A DNA stretch of 64,000 bases from Takakia lepidozioides (taxonomy: Eukaryota > Plantae > Bryophyta), in contig CM060733.1 of the NCBI GenBank assembly GCA_030704615.1, positions 12,524,001 to 12,588,000 on the forward strand, read 5' to 3'. Made by a program: the position numbers and the translations under genes. Positions within the stretch are counted from its first letter, which is position 1. The number at the start of each line of letters is the position of its first letter. Below are positions 41,401 through 54,086 of the stretch, piece after piece. The notes under the pieces are model-generated. The model was not told where the DNA came from and did no database searches. It saw only the letters and a list, made by a program, of their open reading frames with translations.

Positions 41401-44400
41401 AAAAGTAAAAGTATGACGCCTCCCGAAGGAAGTGTAACTTATGACTTCACCCAAAAGGGCTACTGCCTTCCGCTAGGAAGGTGGACACCTTCATGACACA
41501 CCAGACCGTGGTTTGAACCCACAACCACATCCAACGTGGTATGTGCCCATTACCACTGGGCTACATCTGTTTGTAATCTAGGCACCTCATGGCATGCTGC
41601 CACGTGGGGGTAACCCGAAGCTTGACAAAGCACTTGCCTTCCTCCCACCATAGGCGCTTGTATTGCAGGTTAGCACCCTGCAGCTTCTTTGTTCGGGAGC
41701 TCATTTAGCTAGAGACAGTTATCTATGTTAACCTTAGTGGTATTATCATTTTGGGGCATTATGTGGGATGCAGGAATGGGTGGCATTGCTTCGCCAGATG
41801 GCTGTGAACTTTACAACCTATTCGACTTTGAACGAGTATCAAGGCCTTCTGAGCACAGATCCGGAAGTTGACTTCTTCAACAATGTCGTTCACCTTCAAG
41901 TGAGTTCCTGTTTTGCAACATGCCATTGCTGCAAGTAAATAAATCTCTCCTCCTTTCTCTAGACCTCTTACACATCTATTTTTAATAAGGGAGAATTGTC
42001 ATCTTGTTGCAGGTACATAGAAGAATTAAGGCAATGGCACGATTTAGGGCATTGTGTTCCAATTCTCACTTCTCTCAGGTGAGTCTCTATCTCTGTCATT
42101 ACCTTTCTAGTTTGCGTACTTAGGGGACTCCATGTGTAAGCCACTATGGGTTATGCAGGAACTGCAGGCCTTTAAGTCAATTTGCAAGGTACCTGGGTAC
42201 CAATATTCAGATGAACACAAAAATGTCAAGCTAATGAGTGAAAATTTTCATAATAACATGGTGGAATTAGGGCATACTCTGTTAGATGAACTGAAACAGG
42301 GAGACAGGAAAGGGAACTTTAGAAGGGAAGCCACCACCTAAGCTGCAAGCTTACCTCAGTAGGAAGGGGACAATTTGTGTGTGTATGTTGTAACTTTGAA
42401 CCCTTGTTGTTGTTCTTTTGCCAGGGAGCTCTTTTGAGGGTATTTGTACCTTTGTTTATGAGCTCCATGTTCGAGGCAAAGGGGGATAAGGAGGGAAACC
42501 TGGTTGGAGCTGCGGTTGAGACACTTGCATGCATAGCTGGGCAACTGCAGTGGGAGCCCTACTTCGGACTGCTGATGCGCTGTTTCAAATTTTTGGTCTC
42601 CAAATCTCAACACCAGAAAGTCTTAGTGAGATTAATTTGTGCAATCCTTGATGTTTTCCACTTCTTTGATGCAAGAATTGGAGAGAACATGGGAAAGAGG
42701 AATGGTGAAGAGGGAACAGATGAGATGGACATGGAGAAAGGTAATAGGCAGCGTGCAGATGATGAGGATTCGGATCACAAATTACCAGCACATATTCAGG
42801 GACTTTTGCAGAACCGGGTGCTGCCAGAAGTTACCAGATTGATGGTCTCAAAGATGGATATTGTCAATGCATCAGTTGCTCTTGCTGTTGTGAAGATTCT
42901 GAAACTAATGCCCGAAGAGATAATTGAGGTCGAGCTTCCGCGAATTGTCCAAAGTATGACAAATTTGCTCAAGAATCGTAACAGTCAGGCAGTAAGAGAC
43001 GAGGCCCGGACAGCCCTTGTGGCTGTTGCTGTCACATTGGGGCCCCGTTACTTACATTTCATTGCAGGGGTGCTGAAGTCTTCACTGACAAAGGGGTTTG
43101 AGGTCCATGTTCTGGGATACACCCTTAATTCCCTGCTGGTGAAGCTTCTACCTACAGTGAAAATTGGAGAGATTGACTACTGCCTCAAGCAATTGCTGGA
43201 GATATTGGAGAATGATGTAATGGGTGAGGTCTCAGAGGAGAAGAATGTGGAGGCCATTGCTGCCAAGATGAAGGAGACAAAGCACATGAGGTCATTTGAG
43301 AGCATGAACCTGATTGCCCGGGTGATCACATTTCACACTCAAGTTCCAGTGATGCTTGGCCCTGTTTACAGGAATCTACCTGTATCACTAGCACCAAAAT
43401 CCAGGGTGAAGATAGAGATGATGCTGAAGAGCATTGCTATAGGCTTACAATTGAACCCCTCTCTCACACAAGAGCATCTGTTTGTTTTAGTTCATAGACT
43501 GCTAGAGGATGCTGTGGCAACAGAAAGTGTCTCTGCCCTTGCAAGTGCATCAAAAGAAAAGGCCAAGATTGACAGACAGAGAAGCACTCGCCTTGCTGAA
43601 AATAGCAATAGAAAAGTAACAGATTTGGAGATAGGGGTCTACACCAAAAAATCACAGACAACTCCTGATTCCCCAATACCAAATGTCCATTTGGTCACTG
43701 AATTCGGGCTACAGTTGCTGAACAGCCATCTAAAGAAAGCAAAAGTGAGTGGTCATGACCGTCACACTCTGTCAATGCTGGACCCTCTAGTTGACCTCTT
43801 AACCATCTGCCTTCACTCAAAATATGATGGTGTTTTATCAGGGGCTATTAAAAGCCTGTGCTATTTAGTGAGGCTTCCTCTGGCCTCCCTTGAGTCTCAT
43901 GGGAGCAAAATCACAACTGTGGTGTTTACAATGTCCCAGCGCTTTGGACGGAGCCAAACTCCTCTGCTGCAGGCATGTTTCCATCTCCTTATTGTTCTTA
44001 TCCGGCATTGTGAAGCCTCAAGGATTTCGCAGGAGCAACTAGGATTATTGCTGCAATTTCCAGTTTTTGCAGACTTGGAAAGCAACTCAGGAGGTACTGC
44101 GCTTGCTCTACTAAAGGCTGTAGTTGGGCGGAGGCTTCTTGTCCCAGAGCTGTATGACATGATGACTCGGGTAGCTGAGCTAATGGTGCGCAGTCAGATG
44201 GCACCTGTCCGCAAGGTGTGCAGCCAGGTGCTGCTGCAGTTTCTGCTGGACTACCCTCTAGGCCCCAAGCGCCTTCAGCAGCACCTTGACTTCCTGATTA
44301 CCAACATTGGGTACGCTAACATCTTGTTTGTCATTCTGAATGGGGGATGGGGTAAAAGCAGAGAGGGCCACTTGCATTGCTGGAAGGAGATTTATTTGCT

Positions 44401-47400
44401 TGTTCTTCTGATATAATCAAGAAAGGGCCTGCATTTGACACAGCCTGTTCATATTGGTCGGTCTATCGATGCCACAGATTATGAACTGCTTGATGACTCA
44501 ATATCTGGAAATAACAAGATCCTCATTTCCTCCCAAGAATGTTAGCAAATCTTACAGCTTTCGCTTGTGCAGATACGAGCACGTGAGTGGCCGAGAAGCC
44601 GCCCTGGAAATGCTGCACACGGTGATTATGAAATTTCCTTCATCTGTAGTGGAGGAACAAGCTGAGACCCTTTTCTTACCACTTGTGACAAGGTTGGTTA
44701 ATGACAATGCAAGCCAAGTTCGAGCCATGGTGGGAACAGTGTTGAAGGTCCTCCTGGGTCGTGTAGGCTCTCGATCACTGCAAAGGATGCTGGATTTTAC
44801 TCTCTCATGGTATAAGGGTGACAACCGTCGACTTTGGCGGCCATCTGCACAGGTAGGATATCCTGCCTAAGGTTGTATATTATGGTTGCCATCAAACCAC
44901 AGTTGTCTTCCTCCTGAGTCTTGGTATCGATCATCTGTCACGAAAATTAACTCCTTACAACCTGAAACCTCAGTTACAAGGAGAAAGGATCTAGTCAAGT
45001 TGTTCTCTGTAAACGTTGGCTTGCCATAGCCTTACAGCCATGGACCCCACGGGAACTTAACCCTCCTGGACCCTTTTGTGGGGTTTGCACCCTCCAGGGT
45101 CTTATTATGATGAGCGAGAGACCGATGGACGGAAATATATGGATTGGTTGTCATAGGCTTGCATCCAACTTTTGGAGTGACAAAATCAATAATATAGAGG
45201 GACAGTGAGGAAGCATGCAATGAATTAATGGGGCCCCTATTGGAGCCAAAGGTCTACTCTAGAAGTGAGAATGTACTCATTAGATGCTGTTTGCTCTAGC
45301 CTTGTGGCACAGACCCCGTGCCATTGCGGGTGGAACAAAAGGGAACAGACACTGCCCTTGCAAGGTTCTCACTCCAGTGGCGGGACTTAGCGTGATATAA
45401 ACAACTTTGTCTGGCTTTCCGGATTTCCTCTAGAAAGCCCTTCACACAGGCATATGATCTGTGTGCCAGGTCTTTAGGCTCAACCTCAAGATTTTGAAAG
45501 TTGATGAACAGAGGTGCAGGGACTATGTTCTTCATGTTCCTGAAGAGGGTCACTGTTACCCCGGACATTTATCAGAAATTGGATATTGTCTTCAGGCCGC
45601 CTGCACATCAGGCATTAATAATCTCACTTTCCTCTCTGAGAGAGACACAGAAACTAATGGGGACCTAGAAACAGTGATTTCGACATGTGCAAAGTCAGCA
45701 AACACATTAAGTGAATGGTTGTTGCATAATTTTGTCAGCTGAGCTTTGGTTTCTCTTCCAATCAGGTGCTGGGACTTCTGATTGAGGTCATGCAAGCTAA
45801 TTTTGGGAGGTATGTTCAAGAGGTGTTGCCAGCCACTGTCGCAATTTTGAAACAGTCGAACTCTTCTCAATTGGATGAGGTAGATGAAGAGAGCGCTGGC
45901 ACAGGGAACTCAGTGCTATGGCAAGAAGCTTACTTTTCTTTGACAATGGTTGAGAAGCTGATGCAACAGTTTCCCAGCTTGTACCTTCAGCCAAATCTGC
46001 AGGTAATAGTCTCTGTTGACCTTTTCCTTCACACAAGCTGTTGATTTTCTGTCAGTGTCTTTTCCATTCCAATCAATACTTTTGTAGTTGTTTGAATCCT
46101 GTAGGTATGCTTATTTCCTTATGAACAAAACCCAGATATGGAAAATCTCTTTTCGAAAGACCTAATTAAAGGGGAGGGAGGCATAAAGGTTGGAAGTTAG
46201 AAGGGCATGCAATGCTGTGAAGGTAAGTAGCCACAAAGGGCAAGACGCCATAAAGGTTGAAGCCCTCACACAATATGCTTAAGCTTGTAGAACTATCTTA
46301 GTAGTACACCACCAACCCAAACCATTGCAAACGGAAACATTATGAAGACATGACTGTATGATGACGTGCTTTCTGTCCTTGTATCCTTCTTATGGTCTGC
46401 TTAGTGTGCATCTCAATATTGCAGGAGCTATGGGAAATTGTGTGCTTATTTCTCCTTCACCAACATCTGTGGATCCGCAAAGTGTCTAGCCACCTATTGG
46501 GCATGTACTTCACGGCTTGCGGGCAACCTGATATTGGAAGGGTGCAGTTAGCAGGTTCGTTGAAAGAGGTAAGGTTTCCCCATCGAAAACGAACTACATT
46601 CAACAACCCTGTGCTGATGTTAACCCTTCGAATATCAGTGACAAGAAGTAGAAAACTTCATTGTTCCCATTCTAGAACAAAAGGTCTGTACGACCAAGAG
46701 GAAGTTGCAAACAACACTTCTAGGTAGATAGGAGTTTAAAATTCCATGGGTGCATAGGTTCTGGCCAAATGAAGGAAAGAAAAAGACAGGAATATAAGAA
46801 TGTCCACTTGAGCCCAAACAGACTATGGGAATATTTAAGAAATGATCCCCTTGCTGAGGGCATGGGGAATGAAAGCGGGCAGGTGGGTCTCATGGCTGGC
46901 ATGGAGGTGATGAACCCCCATCAGTGCTTGCTCATGGTGTTAAGCAACACTGGTTTTTGTAACTCTGTTCTTCTACCTGAACTCACTAACAAATACCAAC
47001 TTGTTTGGTCATATTTTGGGTAAACCTTCTCATATTTCTCTTTTTAGAAGATCGCATTGATACCTTGAATGTAAGCCCGTTAGTCTGATCCACATTTTAA
47101 TGTCTGTCCATGGGCATACTTACCTGTGCTTCACACTTGCATCCATCAATCTTGGTTATTCACTTTCTTCACCATACCTGCTTTGTCCAAATAGGGAGAG
47201 GAAGCTCGGCTGCTACGTCCTAGTTGGCTTCTACTTGTGGCTGCATCTCTATGCGAGCAGTTGGATTCAGAATCAGTTGACAATTCACTGACGGAGCAAG
47301 TGGTGAAGAACTTGGTGTACGTAGCATGTGCATTGCGGTTGCTGCCACAGAGTGACTCTACAATGGGTCACTTTCCAGGACTCGTGGGCTTTGAGGATGA

Positions 47401-48763
47401 GCAAAGCCAAGAGAGGGTTGGGAAGGCTTTGGGGATGCTTGGAGCTGAGAAGCAGAAGTTCAATGGAGGCAGTGGAGATTTTAACGGGACTGATGTGAAG
47501 ACAACTGGTGGACCTTCGCCAGAGGTGCACCAAGCTCAAAGCAGTGAGAAGAGTAGCCTGTCATGGGCCCTTTTGCTTGTATTTAAGAGATTGGAAAGGA
47601 TTGTGCTGCGTATCCAACCTGTTCAGGTCCTTTACAATTTCCTTCTACCACAGCAGCCTTTTGTCTCTCTTCACATGCGCATGTATGCTAGTGTAAATTA
47701 ATGTTCCTGTGCTGCCATCTGATCGTCACTTCTCCTGTTTGCCTGTTAACAGAGAAGGCCATCGTGAGTTGTTGCATCCTAGAAGTCCGATTAAATTAGT
47801 ACTCTCCTATAAGGGGCTTTCTGTCCCTTGTTCCTCATTACTTTCATAGATGTTTTTTTGTATCAGTCCTAGTGTAGAGCTGAATCACTGTCCTGTGGGG
47901 TTGCAGACAAAGGCTGTGTTACAGTGGTTTGCAGCCATGGCTTCCCAGCTTGGAGGAGAGGGAAGTGAGCCATATCTGTTATGTATGCTTGTTCCACTAT
48001 TCAAAATCACTGAAGGATCAGCGGCAAGGTTTGTACATGGTAAGCAACGTGTAGGCTTCATTCACGTGAGTTTAACAGGAAGTTTTTCACTCAAAATTTT
48101 GAGGGTGAGGATCGAAAGAGGGCTGAGTTGGAACATCATGACTGTTGGTGCACTAAATGGGGATGTCAAGAGAGACAATCTGATCTTGGGAGGTGGTGAA
48201 ATGACAGCATGCGAAATTGCTAGGGAAGTTTTGCTAAATTAAGTGGACCAGACAATTGGTTCAGCAGCTTAGTGTCCGAAGATGGAGAACCTGTAATGTT
48301 ATCCTGTGTACTCCCTACTTGTGAACATATTGGGAGATCTGGTCAGGCCATAATTCTCAAATGTCTCCTCATCGTGTTTCTAATTTCCTCCCTTAATCCT
48401 GCCATTTGGAGCATCACTAGAGGGATTGTAAAGCATGACTCGTAGAATTGCTTGCTCATCTTCTGCATACCATATATTCTGACCAGCATCATATCTCCTA
48501 TGGATGCAGAGGATTTGAAAGCTTTGGGAGATGAGGTGCTCAACCAGGTTAGAGAACTTGTAGGGGTAGGGAAATTTGTCCAAGTGTATAACACAGTAAA
48601 GCAGGGAGTGAAAGAGACGCGCGAGAAGCGCAAACGAGCTCTAAAAATTTCAGTGCTGGTGGACCCTGAGCGTAATGCTAAGCGCAAGATAAGGTTGAAC
48701 ACCAAGCACCAGGCGCAGAAGAGGAGAAAATTTATTGAGGCTAAAGTACAAAGGGGCATTTGA
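22865..48763 (+). CDS. UTP20: U3 snoRNP/SSU processome component UTP20 (HEAT-repeat protein); ~32 exons
   Basis: N-terminus [22 protein letters not shown]|[19 protein letters not shown]...|ELNSAADF. Conserved blocks [92 protein letters not shown]. Basic C-terminus ends EAKVQRGI*. The exons I traced join in frame via GT-AG introns. Confidence 0.96.
23298..23306 (+). promoter_or_regulatory. Telo-box AAACCCTAA in UTP20 intron 1 (related TTAGGGTT in the 5' leader at ~22835)
   Basis: Motif seen directly; telo-boxes are typical near plant ribosome-biogenesis gene starts. Confidence 0.45.
29133..29370 (+). repeat. Unclassified interspersed repeat, copy 1 (UTP20 intron)
   Basis: GCCTTGTGGCCATAGACCCC...AACAGACACTACC...GATATAAACAA...CCTCTAGAAAGCCC.CACACA is shared with 45270-45640 and, inverted, with 39975-40333. 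Confidence 0.8.
29372..29414. repeat. (GA)n microsatellite
   Basis: About 21 GA units. Confidence 0.95.
30819..32776 (-). mobile_element. 5'-truncated non-LTR retrotransposon (RTE group, RTEX-like) in a UTP20 intron
   Basis: RT motifs [29 protein letters not shown]; C-terminal [27 protein letters not shown] domain; (CATTT)n 3' tail; candidate TSD AAGGGA (30813-30818 / 32777-32782); one in-frame TGA at 31484-31486. Confidence 0.88.
39975..40333 (-). repeat. Unclassified interspersed repeat, copy 2 (inverted)
   Basis: Reverse complement aligns to the 29133 and 45270 copies (e.g. GGGGTCTATGGCCACAAAGC, CCTGAAGACAATATCC). Confidence 0.8.
41401..41570 (-). mobile_element. tRNA-derived SINE (family A) in a UTP20 intron
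   Basis: Minus strand: A box TAGCCCAGTGGT, B box GGTTCAAACC, body CCACCTTCCTAGCGGAAGGCAGTAGCCC, simple tail TACTTTTACTTTT. Confidence 0.75.
45270..45640 (+). repeat. Unclassified interspersed repeat, copy 3
   Basis: AATGTACTCA...GCCTTGTGGCACAGACCCC...GGATATTGTCTTCAGG is homologous to copies 1 and 2. Confidence 0.8.
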
Positions 48764-51700
48764 GTTGATCAGTCAAAAGTTAGGGAGTTTACCACCTGCT
48801 AAATTTTCCACTACCTAAGTGCTTTCCAGGAATGAGAGAATGTACTCAAAAGTGGTTGATATGACTAGCTGAGGCTTCATTCACACTTGCATGTACATAA
48901 CTACAGATATCTATGTGGCATCACTATCTGCAGGTGTAACAAATTTGTAGTTCACACTTGGTCATGGCACAGGTAAGTGCCACATAGGGTAGCTGAATTA
49001 GGTCAGTGCCACAGGATAGCTGAATTTTTGAAATAGCCGAGGCATAGCACCTTAGTAAACTTCAATCTGCTCAGGGATACTCTGTTTCTGGTAGCTTCAA
49101 ATGTGAATGCCAATTGATTAGATAATTTGACCATGTGCAGCTTGCCATGGATAGGACACCTGTAGGGGATCTGCTAGCAGGAATGCAGCTCAAGAAACAC
49201 AAAGGTTCTCTCTTTTAAGGAGTCTTATGGAGTTTTACCTGGGAGTGGTCGAAGTACTGAAAGAAAGAGGATGGGCAGTAAGTAGGGAAACAAGATGTCT
49301 GTAGTGTGTACCTAGAGCTTTCTGTCAAGAAAATTTCTGAGCCATGGTGTTAAGCAGTAGGCTCCATAAATCCGCCAGATGTTATACCAGATGCAGGGAT
49401 TGCTTGCTAGCCTAAAGCAGGCCTAAACCAGTGGCCTCTGTCCATTAATCTAGTGCGTCTTGATGATAAGTGCATCTCTATTGATAAGTTAGAAGCAACA
49501 AACATTCTACAACCATGTGTGAACCAAAATCATAATATTCTGACAAAAGTTGATGTTACTTCACCACAATACCTTACAATACTCTAACTCTTGTGGTGTA
49601 ACACTCTGTGAATAGTGCATGTGCTGCTGTTAATAGTGCTAACTGCAAGGTCCCCAGGACGACTAACTTGAACCCAATAGTGAGACACTGACTACTGGAT
49701 GTTCTACATGCAGGTAGTTAGCCGGTTTTGAAATTTGAACAGATTTCTGAACTTTTTTTCAGGCTGGCTTTGCAGAGGCTGCAGAAACTGTATGCCTCAA
49801 GAGATTCTCGACTGCACATAAAGATATTTGACAAATTACAATCCAATTTTTTATGATTCACAAATCAAAATTTCCGTCCTCGGATCAGAACATCGGAAGA
49901 CTTCACATTTTTGTTCTTTCTTCTTTTCAAGTCTCTGATCTGTTGGGAGTTGATGAGAATCATATTTCTAGGCTCAGATGATAGAATAGCCATGAACTCA
50001 CTGGCTTTCGACCAATCTGGGGTGCTTCCATACCGAACCTTTCAGCAGTACATTGCAGTTCAACAAACCCTTAACAAGATGATTTACTCCTTAACACAGC
50101 AGGACTTCACTTGGACAGTGAAATTCCTTGACTGAAGCACCCTTGAGATTTCATAGCAGAATCATCTGAGTTGACATCTACTTCAAGCTGCGCCATTTCC
50201 TCTTCTCGCTGCAGTGCAAGATGATTGGAACATGTGAGCCACGAGCATCTGCAAGTGTTGGGCTTTCCTGCTGGAATGATGCATATGACCGCCGCATACT
50301 ACCGAATCGCATTCTTCTGTAACTGTTTGATTACCATGAAGTCCCCCTTCTTTCTGTCTTCCACCTCGTCGACTGAGAAACTGAAAATCCGCTTCTGGCG
50401 CAGTTTGTAGCGGCCAGTACTGAACTGGAACTGGACATTCAATCCTGTAAGGAGAGGACAGCTTGAGCTTCGTACCGTGAATTTGAAGGATGCTTCAGCT
50501 GTAAGATTCAAAAGGGCCACAGTCCAGAATGGAGGCTCTAACCTCGAGCAGTTTTGCGAGGGAGTACTGCCATCCTAGGGCTTGTAAACCTTATGTGAAC
50601 CACATCAGAACCGATTCACTAATTTGGGTCGTCGCCAATTTGTTCGGAGAACATGCAGCATCATCCGTTGAGTCAAAGTTGTTCTGTTGTATGGGAGGAT
50701 GTACAGCCGCTCTATGCCGGGCCAATTCTTCGATAGTCCATCTGAAAAGGTTTCGTTTGTTAGACAGAAACGGCCATCGAATCTACCGAAGCTGTCCGTT
50801 TGTCCCCAACTTTCCATGTGGACAAAGACTCGACGCAGATGGAGCAAGGTGTAGCCTCACCGGTGTGGACAATCAAATCCCGGTTCTAATAAGAGGGCCA
50901 ATCACTAATATCAGAAGAAGACGCAGAAAAAAGTGAATGTACTACACAAACGAAATAGTCGAAGTAACGGATATATAGGTAGGAAAAGAAAACGGATGGT
51001 TTGATATCAAGGACGGGTCTAATGCAAGCGTGAGCGCCTCCATAGATGCAGCTGCCAGTCTCATCAGCTCCAACAACAGCCCCCAATTTGCCATCTCTCT
51101 CTCCCGCAACACTCTCTCTCTCCCAGCCACCCCAAATCACTGTGTTTCTCACCCATATAAAATCACACCCAGATTTCAGAAATAAGGACATCGGTGCTGA
51201 CTCGGTGCGGGCTCTGTGCGATGCACAGTTGGGCGCACTAAATTCGCAGGGAAAAGACAAAGAGCCACTTGCAAGCGAGGGGCTCGTGCACTTTTATTTT
51301 GTCTGACGGCTGACCTCACACGAATCCCCACGTGATCGAGAGTTGGTGCTCGCGGTGCTGACTCCTTTCTCAGAGAGCTTCTACAAGATTCCAACTTGAA
51401 TTTTGCCTTAAAATACTATAAGAAGATCAAATCCACAGGCGAGGCACCGACCCAAGAAAACAAGCTTAAATTATGGTGTCACTTCATACAGCCTTTCATC
51501 TAGAAGTTGGAGACCTTCTAACCATGGCAACCATTCTGTTCTGGTTTTCATTCTAGGCTGTAGTGTAGTATGCAGTCTTCAGTCTTTCGCTGGCTTTTCT
51601 TCTCTCCCCCGTCCCTGGCACACTTGTTCAATGGGCTATGGCCCCCTTGCAGCCTTCAGGGCCTCAGCATGGTTATTATTTCCATGTACCTTCTTAATGC

Positions 51701-52015
51701 AATTCTGGGTGCCCTCTCTATGTCTCTAGTCTCTATACCCTATTATTTTCTTAAAAAGCAGAAAAAAAAAAAAAAAAAAAAAAAAAATGATGATCGTAGC
51801 ACTTCTACTATGAAAGTGGCTCTCTCTCTCACACACAATAATTTTTCTATCAGAAAGGTTCACCATGGATAACAGAGTCCCTTTACACCAAACTTCATGA
51901 AAGAGACCTATGACACCTTTTAACCCACGTACAGTCACATTATCTGGGTTTTATAAAGAGAAATTTTTCATATTCATGTACAGTCACCTTATTTGGTTCT
52001 TTTATAAAGCTTTTG

Positions 52016-52560
52016 CTTTGGCACATACGTGCACCCTTACGTCATCTGGAACAGCATTCCCAGCTTGCTAATTCCCCTCAGTTGCTGACAACAGTCACAA
52101 TATTGTTGGTCCGGCCTCCAAGGTGCTCCCAGCATACAACCACTTCGCCGCTTAGCTTTAGGGTGTGGGGCTATCGGTTCAACCTCGCAAGTGTGTTGCA
52201 TGATCTCTAGCCGCTTTGCCTCCAAACTTAGTACCTCCCGCACACTTCATCACACCATCTGACGGCATTCGCGTCTTGGGCATCCCCTTCGGTACCACCT
52301 CTTTCACTTCCTCTTTCACTTCCTCTTTCTTGGAGAATGCCCTTGATCAGGATGTCCTTCATTCCGACCTCCTTCTTCGCCTTGGGGACCTACTGGTAGC
52401 CCATGGCATCCTAACGAAATGCTTTATCTAGCGGCCATCCTATCTTCTCAGGACCTTCCCCCGACTTTGAGTTTTTGCGGTTATTGTCAGGGTTTGATGC
52501 TACCATCATGGATATCTTTTATTTGGTCGTCTTCTGGGACGGGGGGCTTTGGATGGATCC
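52016..52560 (+). mobile_element. Decayed non-LTR reverse transcriptase fragment, probably CRE clade
   Basis: Broken frames read ADNSH.IVGPASKVLPAY..VGLSVQPRKC, DGIRVLGIPFGT..F, LLRLGDLLVAHGILTKCFI*RPSYLLRT.PP. Confidence 0.6.
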
Positions 52561-52819
52561 GAGGACCCTTGCTCATGAACCCAATTTCTCGCGTCGACAC
52601 TAGCAAGCATGTCAGCAGCCTGCACTACCATACTTAGCTCGTCATCAGCTCCACAGCTTGCAACACATAACGTCCCGCAAATCTAGGGTTTCCATGATGA
52701 ACATATCCGAATATCCATCACGATGGAAAACAAAATTCATCGCTTGGATTTAACCAAAATTTCAAACCACAGGCAAAAAGAGACACACCAAGGATTCACA
52801 CTATATATGTAGTGCGTCT

Positions 52820-54086
52820 CCCCTTTTTAGGTGACAACGTCCTTGCTGGCCATAGGCTCATGCTCCAATTTCTCCTTGTGATGGTACAACTTGAGATCCC
52901 TCCTACTTCGGATCTAGATTTTGCCCGACCCATCCTTCAGCTGACAGCCTCATTCCGCCTCCATCTCTTTGTCTTGAGCATTGTGATCCTTGTAATGCAA
53001 GAAAGAGTAGGGCCCTTCCCACGGACTGGTCATTGAACTTCGTTTTCCAGGCCTAAGCATCATGACCAAGGCATTGGCTGGAAGTTCTCTGTACTCATGC
53101 CCCATTTTGTGCCTCCTTTCATAATCCCTGGCTTGCTGCTGCTGCCCCTTTTTAACATTTGCTTTCAGCTGAGATTTCAGCTTAGCCAAAAAGAGGGCAT
53201 TCTCATTGATTGCTGCAGCCAGGGCCTCTGCACTGTCATCTTCATTAACAGTTTCTATAAGCTTACCAAGCTTGTTATCAATGCCCAACCTGGTCACCCT
53301 GTCCATTAACACCTGATATGGAGAAAAATTGGGTGGTGGCCTGCACCCCCATTCAATACCCCATCAGGGCCTTATACAAATGCACATCTCATTCCAACTC
53401 ATCTTGACTACCCAAAGTGGTAATACTCTGCTTGATGGACTTAATTACCGGCCTCTCCACCATGCCATTGCATTGGGGCCAATATGAAGCATTGTGCTCC
53501 TTCTTAATGCCAAGCTTGTCAAAAGTCTCTGGAAATTCTCCTCCCCATTCAGACCTATTGTCAGTGAGCACAACAGCAGGGCACCTATACCAACACACAA
53601 TCTCTTCTTCCAAAAATTTGGTTGTCAAAGCTGAAGAGTGACAGCCACAGGAAGTGCTTCTACCCACTTGGAGTAATGATCTATGGCCACGAGTAGATAC
53701 TTGTTACCTCTGTTTGTGACAGGCAGTGGACCAGCAGTGTCAAGCGCCATACGGTAAATATGTCCACCACAGGTATGCTATGAAGCCTCGATGAACCAGA
53801 GCGTATCAGCCCCTTCACCTTGATGTGCTGCTATTCTGGGCATGCTGCCAAAATGTTGCATATCAGCTTTGTTCTATCATGCCAAAAGTAGTGTCTGCAT
53901 ACATCTTCTTGCGTTCTCCTCACACCAAAGTGTCCCATCAGCGCATGCACCTCCATGACTACAGACTGGCGAGCTTGTTTGCATTACAACAAATCGCGGT
54001 ATATCTGACTGCCGAGCCGTGGTAGTCATGGTTTTTCTGACTTTGACCATGACTTCCCTGTATTTTTGGACCAAATGGAGCTTCAC
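52820..54086 (-). mobile_element. Decayed Ty3/gypsy integrase region
   Basis: FLEEEIVCWYRCPAVVLTDN.SEWGGEF, YWPQCNGMVER, GPY/F module SPWEGPY; many stops and frameshifts. Confidence 0.8.

Noticed and set aside
22931-48509. Intronic snoRNAs in UTP20
   Set aside because: Scattered TGATGA motifs lack a paired CTGA box with terminal stems that I could verify by eye; a covariance-model scan would be needed
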